A DNA stretch of 64,000 nt from an uncultured Planctomycetia bacterium (GTDB taxonomy: Bacteria > Omnitrophota > Gorgyraeia > Tantalellales > Tantalellaceae): the NCBI GenBank assembly GCA_964572255.1, contig CAZNEE010000001.1, forward strand, positions 459,587 through 523,586. The letters run 5' to 3'. The notes under the pieces are model-generated. The model searched no databases. It saw only the letters and a list, made by a program, of their open reading frames with translations, and had not been told where the DNA came from. Positions 50,310 through 56,150 of the stretch are shown piece after piece (within the stretch, counting starts at the first letter, position 1; each line of letters opens with the position of its first letter). The translations under genes were made by a program, and so were the position numbers.

Positions 50310-50692
50310 ACGTTGCCGGGATAGGGATAGATGCTGTTGAAATAGACCGCTTCGCTAGCGCTGTTGAGATGTGGGGGGATAATTTTATCGATAAAGTCTT
50401 CACTCCGAAGGAAAGAGAATATTTCGAGTTCAAGAAACTAAACCCCATAAACATGGCGGGTAAATTCGCGGCCAAAGAAGCCGTTAAAAAAGCGTTACCC
50501 GACGGGGCGGAGATAGGCCTAAGGTGGTCCGATATAGAGATCCTTAACGGTTCCGACGGAAAACCTTACGCATGCCTCCACGGCCAGGCCAAAAAAATAA
50601 TGGATAAGTTCAACCTTGCTGAAGTATTTGTAAGTATTTCACATACAAAAAATATAGCGACCGCAAACGCAATGGTGGTGAAAAATGGTTAA
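50306..50692 (+). CDS. acpS: Holo-[acyl-carrier-protein] synthase.
   Basis: The N-terminus GIGIDAVEIDRF and the motif AAKEAVKKAL are present. The product is 128 aa. Confidence 0.8.
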   Translation: MNVAGIGIDAVEIDRFASAVEMWGDNFIDKVFTPKEREYFEFKKLNPINMAGKFAAKEAVKKALPDGAEIGLRWSDIEILNGSDGKPYACLHGQAKKIMDKFNLAEVFVSISHTKNIATANAMVVKNG

Positions 50693-51545
50693 AGAACACA
50701 TAAAGAAACTGCCTCAAAGAGAAGAAGATACACATAAAGGCGATTACGGGAAAGTCCTTGTTGTCGCGGGTTCCCGGGGGATGACAGGAGCGGCTTACCT
50801 TACTTCACAAGGCGCATTAAAGTCAGGCAGCGGCTTGGTAACCTGCGCTATCCCGGAATCACTAAACGAGATCATGGAGGTAAAACTTACCGAAGTCATG
50901 ACGCTGGCTCTTCCCGATAAAGGGACAAATTCTTTAGGCATAGAGTCAAAAAAAGCGATACTTGATTTTGCGTCCAAGTGTGATGTGGTTGCATTGGGTC
51001 CGGGCCTTGGGCAGAAGGATGAGACACAAAGTCTTGTTAAAGAACTAATAGAAAAAATAGAAAAACCTCTTGTCATTGATGCTGACGGGATCAACGCGCT
51101 TGGCGGACAGCTGGATATCTTACGGAACAGAAAGGGAAGAACCGTTCTCACACCGCATCCCGGAGAAATGGCACGTCTTTTAGGTAAAGATATTGATTCG
51201 ATAAGAAAAGACAAGGAAGAAGTCGCAAAAAGCGTCGCTGAAATTACAAGTGCAGTAGTATGCCTCAAAGGACACCGTACGGTTGTGGCAAGCCCTGAAG
51301 GCCAGATCTATGTGAACGAGACCGGTAATTCCGGCATGGCGACAGGCGGCATGGGCGATGTTCTGACCGGCATGATAGCTTCTTTTATAGGCCAGGGCGT
51401 TGAAGATTACAGCGCCTCGATAATTTCGGTGTATTTGCATGGCCTGGCAGGCGATATAGCCGCTGAGAAAGAAGGCGTTTTTTCGATGACAGCGACAGAT
51501 GTTCTCAGTAATTTACACCTTGCTTTCGAAAGAGCCGGGATTTAA
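50685..51545 (+). CDS. nnrD: ADP-dependent NAD(P)H-hydrate dehydratase (YjeF C-terminal domain only).
   Basis: The motifs HKGDYGKVLVVAGSRGMTGAAYL and GNSGMATGGMGDVLTGMIA are present. Confidence 0.75.
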   Translation: MVKEHIKKLPQREEDTHKGDYGKVLVVAGSRGMTGAAYLTSQGALKSGSGLVTCAIPESLNEIMEVKLTEVMTLALPDKGTNSLGIESKKAILDFASKCDVVALGPGLGQKDETQSLVKELIEKIEKPLVIDADGINALGGQLDILRNRKGRTVLTPHPGEMARLLGKDIDSIRKDKEEVAKSVAEITSAVVCLKGHRTVVASPEGQIYVNETGNSGMATGGMGDVLTGMIASFIGQGVEDYSASIISVYLHGLAGDIAAEKEGVFSMTATDVLSNLHLAFERAGI

Positions 51546-51619
51546 TAAAAATTTAAATATCTGTAAATAAATAACTTACAAGTCAAACATCCTGCCTTAA
51601 AAAGATAATCCCCAAAGGT

Positions 51620-51648
51620 TTGCCAATCAAGACAAAATATGATATACT
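51620..51648 (+). promoter_or_regulatory. Sigma-70-type promoter (TTGCCA-17 nt-TATACT) for PEP-CTERM gene 1.
   Basis: The -35 hexamer TTGCCA lies at 51620-51625 and the -10 hexamer TATACT at 51643-51648, with exact 17-nt spacing. The same promoter is duplicated at 52856-52884. Confidence 0.45.
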
Positions 51649-51737
51649 TTAGGTGATAGTAAAGTAAGCTCAAACCGGGGAAATATTTTATAAAGGGGCG
51701 CACCATTCGGGAGAATGGGGTGCGAATTGAAATGGAA

Positions 51738-51765
51738 ACCCAACCTTCCAATGGTTGGGTTTTTT
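51738..51765 (+). terminator. Intrinsic-terminator-like hairpin inside the 5' leader of PEP-CTERM gene 1 (attenuator candidate).
   Basis: ACCCAACC-TTCCAAT-GGTTGGGT is followed by TTTTTTGTTTT. It ends 9 nt before the ribosome-binding site AGGAGG (51774-51779). Upstream of it is a second conserved hairpin, GCGCACCATTC...GAATGGGGTGCG (51698-51724). Confidence 0.45.
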
Positions 51766-51787
51766 GTTTTAAAAGGAGGTGAGAAGA

Positions 51788-52420
51788 ATGAAGATGAAAA
51801 TTTTAATGATTTCTTTGATTATGACAATTGCTGTTTGCGGAGCCAGCACAGCGGATGCGGCACAAACGACGTTTGAAAATGAAATATATGATTGGACATC
51901 GTATCCTTTTTACTATGATGGCACCTGGGGTCCTTACCACGATGGCCCGATGACCCCCTTTGAACTTCCGAATAATATCGACCCGAACTATGAGGGGCCT
52001 TTTGATGTGATCCAGTTTTCTTATACGCCCCCGCTTTATGGGGAAATGGTCGAAGTTCTTTTTCATTCCGATGCAGCGACGCTAGTATACATAACCACTG
52101 ATATCACGCTGTACTATTACGGCACCTATACAAATGGCGGGTGGTGGGATTACACCGCGACGTTTGCCGAAGCGACTGACCTTACAGGATCTTCCGCTGT
52201 TTTTGACGGCGCGTTCGATTTTCGTATCGATACGAGCAACGGTCCTCCGGAGGGCGAGAGAACATATTTTGGAACTGGGTACTATTCCGGGCCTAATGCC
52301 GGCGGTACGATCACGTACGAAGCTTCTGGCGGCGGACCTGCACCAGTACCGGAACCGGCAACAATGACAATATTCGGTCTTGGGATATTGGGGTTGGCTG
52401 TAAAGAGGTTTCGTAAATAA
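51788..52420 (+). CDS. PEP-CTERM sorting-domain protein 1 (start moved to ATG at 51788).
   Basis: The signal peptide is MKMKILMISLIMTIAVCGASTADA. The C-terminus VPEPATMTIFGLGILGLAVKRFRK is a canonical PEP-CTERM signal (PEP motif, TM helix, basic tail). Confidence 0.8.
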   Translation: MKMKILMISLIMTIAVCGASTADAAQTTFENEIYDWTSYPFYYDGTWGPYHDGPMTPFELPNNIDPNYEGPFDVIQFSYTPPLYGEMVEVLFHSDAATLVYITTDITLYYYGTYTNGGWWDYTATFAEATDLTGSSAVFDGAFDFRIDTSNGPPEGERTYFGTGYYSGPNAGGTITYEASGGGPAPVPEPATMTIFGLGILGLAVKRFRK

Positions 52421-52422
52421 TA

Positions 52423-52454
52423 GGGACGGTTATAAGAGGAAATAAAACCGTCCC
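52423..52454 (+). terminator. Conserved 3' hairpin immediately after the PEP-CTERM 1 stop codon.
   Basis: GGGACGG-(18-nt loop)-CCGTCCC overlaps the stop codon TAG. Counterpart GGGACG...CGTCCC at 53681-53714 follows PEP-CTERM 2. No T-tract follows, so it may be a stabilising or processing hairpin rather than a terminator. Confidence 0.3.
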
Positions 52455-52855
52455 TAAAGGGCAAAGTTATGCAAGCTTATGTGTTCTTTGTCTTTTTCTT
52501 TTTTAATCCCTTCAGTATTTCATCTCCATTTATTGATAATATGATTCCGAAAGCTTTCTTTGTTCAAATGCTTTTCTTGACGCTTTTTTTCTAACATTTT
52601 GAGGGGTGTTAAATAAACTCCTCGCCCTGTAGGGCTCGTCGAACATATTTAACACTTTTTCCCTCAAAAGTTATAAAAAAAGCTGAAAAGCATGATTCAC
52701 TCAGAAAACTTCCGGAATCATTTCGTAAATGACAGGGGCGATTCTTAATAAGGAAGAAAGTCCCTGTAGGACAACCGGGAAAATTTTTAAGTATTTCAAA
52801 CAAATAACTTACAAATTATTTGATCCTGCCTTAAATTGAAATAATTCCTGAAGGT

Positions 52856-52884
52856 TTGCCGATCAAGACAAAATATGATATACT
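52856..52884 (+). promoter_or_regulatory. Sigma-70-type promoter (TTGCCG-17 nt-TATACT) for PEP-CTERM gene 2; duplicate of 51620-51648.
   Basis: The spacer ATCAAGACAAAATATGA and the -10 hexamer are identical to copy 1. Confidence 0.45.
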
Positions 52885-52973
52885 TTAAGTGATAATAAAG
52901 TAAGCTCGAATCGGGAAAAATATTTTATAAGGGGCGCACCATTCGAAGGAATGGGTAGCTGAAAAATATGTTA

Positions 52974-53002
52974 ACCCAACCTTCCGATGGTTGGGTTTTT
53001 TA
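52974..53002 (+). terminator. Intrinsic-terminator-like hairpin in the leader of PEP-CTERM gene 2 (duplicate attenuator candidate).
   Basis: ACCCAACC-TTCCGAT-GGTTGGGT is followed by TTTTTTATTTT. Only one loop base differs from copy 1. The ribosome-binding site AGGAGG lies at 53012-53017. Confidence 0.45.
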
Positions 53003-53024
53003 TTTTGGAAAGGAGGTGAGAAGA

Positions 53025-53681
53025 ATGAAGAAACTATTAGCAATATTGCTCGTGGCCTTAGTGATGGGCTTATCAATGCCCTCAAGTGCTTTTGCCCAGT
53101 GGCATATTGGAGGTATTGACGAACCTAATCATGGTGTTGCTGATTTCACTGTTCCTAGCATAACAGGTGACCCAGGTGATTCTAACAACGTAGGCCTCGT
53201 ACTTGCGAGCTTTTGGAGCGATGATTATATGCAGCCCGTAACGGGTGTGTATTTGCACCATAGTGTTCACCAAACCCCATTTACGGTACCAACTGGCACC
53301 ACTTTTGCTTTAGCTTTACCAGGCATTGGTGGAACAACCTTTGTTGAGGAAGATGCCAATCAGACTGCAACAGGTGATAATGGTACTAATTTCTTTCTTA
53401 TGGCTGATGTCGGGGATTTCAGTTCTTATTATGTGGGTCCGGTTGGCGACGAAGGTATTCATGTTGGAACACTTATTGCCTATCCGGGTTGGGGTGAGTG
53501 GAGCTTTCCTGATCCTGTTCAACAGACTGACTTGAGTGTAGCTTCGTTGGACTCGTTACCTAGTGACGAAATCTGGTTTAATAGTGGGCTTCCTGAGGCT
53601 GGGGGGGTAATCCCGGAACCCGCAACAATGGCGATTTTAGGCATCGGTATTTTTGGGCTGGCTTTAAAACACCGCAAATAG
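53025..53681 (+). CDS. PEP-CTERM sorting-domain protein 2 (start moved to ATG at 53025).
   Basis: The signal peptide is MKKLLAILLVALVMGLSMPSSAFA. The C-terminus IPEPATMAILGIGIFGLALKHRK is a PEP-CTERM signal. The mature region is unrelated to protein 1. Confidence 0.8.
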   Translation: MKKLLAILLVALVMGLSMPSSAFAQWHIGGIDEPNHGVADFTVPSITGDPGDSNNVGLVLASFWSDDYMQPVTGVYLHHSVHQTPFTVPTGTTFALALPGIGGTTFVEEDANQTATGDNGTNFFLMADVGDFSSYYVGPVGDEGIHVGTLIAYPGWGEWSFPDPVQQTDLSVASLDSLPSDEIWFNSGLPEAGGVIPEPATMAILGIGIFGLALKHRK

Positions 53682-53828
53682 GGACGTTTCCAAAAATAAT
53701 CCCGGAAGCGTCCCTAAGGTCAAAGCCAGACCTGTCCCCATCACGGGGGAGAATTATTTTTGTCTTTTTTTTATACCCTCACCACTTACTTCAAATTCTT
53801 TTTTTAATAAAGATAGTTTTATATTGCT

Positions 53829-54039
53829 CACGGGAAAGATGAGCTTTTGGAGTGAATACGATTTTTAGGCATTTATTTGGTTTTTTAAGGTAAATTACCT
53901 ATTTTTGCAACTGTTTGAGCCGGATGAGCTAATAATATGGAAATGATCAGCGAAGCAGGCGAGTTTTGCAAAACCTTAAAAAGGCAAATAAATGGCGTTA
54001 AGAAAATCGTCTGAACGGGAAAAGCTCATCTTTCCCGTG
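53829..54039. repeat. Roughly 210-bp long palindromic element (MITE-like or structured RNA). A perfect 20-bp terminal inverted repeat, CACGGGAAAGATGAGCTTTT / AAAAGCTCATCTTTCCCGTG, encloses nested complementary segments.
   Basis: The terminal repeats lie at 53829-53848 and 54020-54039. The inner pairs are CATTTATTTG/CAAATAAATG, TTAAGG/CCTTAA and TTTTGCAA/TTGCAAAA. Confidence 0.5.
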
Positions 54040-54130
54040 TACTATAAAAAACTTGACTTATCTCACCTTATAATGTAATCTTTTACTAAGGATGGATAGT
54101 TAACAAAAATGTTAATTATGTATATTTAGC

Positions 54131-54718
54131 ATGGATTACGATAAACTGCAAAAATTAAGAAAGAGGCTGTATTTTTCAGTTGAAGACGCGGCGGAGCTTC
54201 TGGATGTAAAGCGCGCCTCCGCGCGCGTTCTGTGCAATAGGAACGCCAAAAAGGGGATATTTATAAGGATTAAGAAAGACCTTTACGTTCTGGAGCAGAA
54301 TTGGAAGAATTATTCAAGGGAGGGGTTTTTTATGATCTCTAATATCCTGCAGGTCCCTTCGTATATCTCTCTCTTGACCGCCTTATCATATTTTGAAGTG
54401 ACCACCCAGGTCCAGAAAGATTTTTACGAGAATATTTCCCTGAAACGTTCGGTGAATTTTAACGCGAAAGGCGTTACATTCACCTACAGCAAGCTGAACA
54501 AAGCGCTTTATTTCGGTTTCGCGAGGAAGGACAATATATTCATAGCCACGAAGGAAAAGGCGTTTGTTGATGCGGTCTACCTTTATTCATACGGGAAATA
54601 CAGTTTGGATTTCAGCTCGCTGGATCTTAACAAACTGGAGAAGGGGAATTTGAAGAAAATAGTCTCAAAATTCCCCCAAAAAACAAAGGATATAGTAGGT
54701 GAAAAATGCGGGATCTGA
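54131..54718 (+). CDS. AbiEi-like antitoxin / transcriptional regulator (type IV toxin-antitoxin, N-terminal winged-helix).
   Basis: The N-terminus LQKLRKRLYFSVEDAAELLDVKRASARVLCNRNAKKGIFIRIKKDLYVL fits the AbiEi N-terminal domain pattern. The gene overlaps the downstream nucleotidyltransferase gene. Confidence 0.65.
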   Translation: MDYDKLQKLRKRLYFSVEDAAELLDVKRASARVLCNRNAKKGIFIRIKKDLYVLEQNWKNYSREGFFMISNILQVPSYISLLTALSYFEVTTQVQKDFYENISLKRSVNFNAKGVTFTYSKLNKALYFGFARKDNIFIATKEKAFVDAVYLYSYGKYSLDFSSLDLNKLEKGNLKKIVSKFPQKTKDIVGEKCGI

Positions 54719-55374
54719 TCAAGCAGGAACAGTTCGAGTTGGAAGTCCTGGACAAACTGAACAGCGGCAAGCTCCTCCCCAGGCTTGTCTTCGGCGGAGG
54801 GACAATGCTGAGGCTTTGCCATGGGCTTAACAGGTATTCCGTGGATCTTGATTTCTGGATCGATAAAAAGATCGACAAGAAGAAACTGTTCAACGGCCTG
54901 AAAGATCTTTTGTCGCGATCTTACAAGATCAAAGACGCGGCGTATAAATTCAACACGATACTTTTTGAAATACGCTCAGGGTCTTATCCCAGGAGCCTTA
55001 AGATAGAGATAAGGAAGAAAATAAAGAAGGTTGCTACCGAACAGGTGATCGCCTACAGCGGTCATTCCAATATGCAGGTTGTTCTCAGAAGCGTGTCTCT
55101 TGCCGATATGATGAAAGCCAAAATAGAGGCGTTCCTTAACAGGAAAGAAATAAGGGATGCTTTCGACATGGAATTTTTGGTGAAAAAGGGGATCGGACTG
55201 GAAGCGCCGAAAGGCGATCTTGAGAGGCTGCTTAAGAACCTTGATGCGCTTACTAAGAATGATTACGCTGTAAAGCTTGGTTCTCTTTTGGATGAAAGCC
55301 AAAGACGGTATTATGTCAAAGAGAATTTCAAGATCCTCAGGTCAAAGATCCTTGAAAAACTAAAAAAATATTGA
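54706..55374 (+). CDS. AbiEii/AbiGii-family nucleotidyltransferase toxin (DUF1814).
   Basis: The stretch LLPRLVFGGGTMLRLCHGLNRYSVDLDFW has the GGT...R...GxxRxSxDLDF signature of the AbiEii nucleotidyltransferase family. Confidence 0.7.
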   Translation: MRDLIKQEQFELEVLDKLNSGKLLPRLVFGGGTMLRLCHGLNRYSVDLDFWIDKKIDKKKLFNGLKDLLSRSYKIKDAAYKFNTILFEIRSGSYPRSLKIEIRKKIKKVATEQVIAYSGHSNMQVVLRSVSLADMMKAKIEAFLNRKEIRDAFDMEFLVKKGIGLEAPKGDLERLLKNLDALTKNDYAVKLGSLLDESQRRYYVKENFKILRSKILEKLKKY

Positions 55375-55420
55375 CTGTTGCATAAAAATTTTCTTATGAT
55401 ATACTTAACTTTGTTTTACT

Positions 55421-55495
55421 GCCGGCGTAGCTCAGTGGTAGAGCAGGGGTTTTGTAAACCTCTGGTCGGGGGTTCAAATCCCTCCGCCGGCTCCA
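55421..55495 (+). tRNA. tRNA-Thr (anticodon UGU).
   Basis: The cloverleaf is acceptor GCCGGCG/CGCCGGC, D-arm GCTC-AGTGGTA-GAGC, anticodon stem GGGGT/ACCTC with loop TTTGTAA, and T-arm GGGGG-TTCAAAT-CCCTC followed by T-CCA. Confidence 0.85.
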
Positions 55496-55502
55496 TATCC
55501 GT

Positions 55503-55588
55503 GGGGAGATGGCGGAGTGGTCAATCGCAACAGACTGTAAATCTGTCGGCTTATGCCTACGGAGGTTCAAATCCTCCTCTCCCCACCA
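55503..55588 (+). tRNA. tRNA-Tyr (anticodon GUA) with a long variable arm.
   Basis: The cloverleaf is acceptor GGGGAGA/TCTCCCC, anticodon stem ACAGA/TCTGT with loop CTGTAAA, variable arm CGGCTTATGCCTACG, and T-arm GGAGG-TTCAAAT-CCTCC followed by A-CCA. Confidence 0.85.
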
Positions 55589-55598
55589 TAAATCAGGG

Positions 55599-55892
55599 AT
55601 GAATATGAAGAGATTGATATGTTCAATTCTACTGGTTTCATTCGCTGTTTTTCTCTCTTTTATCAGTAATGCCGAAGATTATTTGACTGACTCAGGTGAG
55701 GTAAAAGAAGAAATTGATACTGAAGACTATATGACAGATTCCGGCGAGATCAGGCAAAGCGTAGAGGGTGAGTATATGACAGATTCCGGCGAGCTTGAAG
55801 AGGGATATGATGTTTTTCCCCAGCCTGATGTAAGCGGAGAAATAGAGCAGGACCTGCAAGAAGAAGGCCTGAGCGAAGAAGAGGAAGAATAA
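55599..55892 (+). CDS. Small secreted acidic protein with three DYMTDSGE repeats (hypothetical). The start was moved outside tRNA-Tyr.
   Basis: The translation is MNMKRLICSILLVSFAVFLSFISNAEDYLTDSGEVKEEIDTEDYMTDSGEIRQSVEGEYMTDSGELEEGYD...EEGLSEEEEE. It has a signal peptide plus a tandem acidic repeat. Confidence 0.45.
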   Translation: MNMKRLICSILLVSFAVFLSFISNAEDYLTDSGEVKEEIDTEDYMTDSGEIRQSVEGEYMTDSGELEEGYDVFPQPDVSGEIEQDLQEEGLSEEEEE

Positions 55893-55904
55893 CACGCCAT
55901 TAAT

Positions 55905-55978
55905 GCGAGCGTAGCACAGTGGTAGTGCAGTGGCCTTCCAAGCCACCTACGTGGGTTCGATCCCCATCGCTCGCTCCA
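55905..55978 (+). tRNA. tRNA-Gly (anticodon UCC).
   Basis: The cloverleaf is acceptor GCGAGCG/CGCTCGC, D-arm GCAC-AGTGGTA-GTGC, anticodon stem GTGGC/GCCAC with loop CTTCCAA, and T-arm GTGGG-TTCGATC-CCCAT followed by T-CCA. Confidence 0.85.
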
Positions 55979-55982
55979 GTTT

Positions 55983-56012
55983 AAAAGGGCTCAAAAATGA
56001 GCCCTTTTATTA
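55983..56012 (+). terminator. Intrinsic terminator after the tRNA cluster.
   Basis: AAAGGGCTC-AAAAAT-GAGCCCTTT is followed by TAT. Confidence 0.45.
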
Positions 56013-56150
56013 TGCCCTGAAAATTAAGATATAAAATAGTTATATTAATTATAATTGACATATTTGCTCCTATATGTTAACATAATAAAAAGCTATTTTT
56101 AGCTAAATTTAACTATAATTAATATATTATATTAATTGGGTTGGCGCACA

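Noticed and set aside
51600-51660. Looked for a sigma-54 (-24 TGGCAC / -12 TTGCA) promoter upstream of the PEP-CTERM genes, as reported for some PEP-CTERM/EpsH regulons.
   Set aside because: No GG-N10-GC element with a proper TGGCAC core is present. The TTGCCA-17-TATACT arrangement fits sigma-70 much better.
55509-55598. N-terminal part of ORF-track entry 55509-55892, which overlaps tRNA-Tyr.
   Set aside because: The first 30 codons are the tRNA-Tyr sequence read as protein. The plausible start is the ATG at 55599/55605, downstream of the tRNA.
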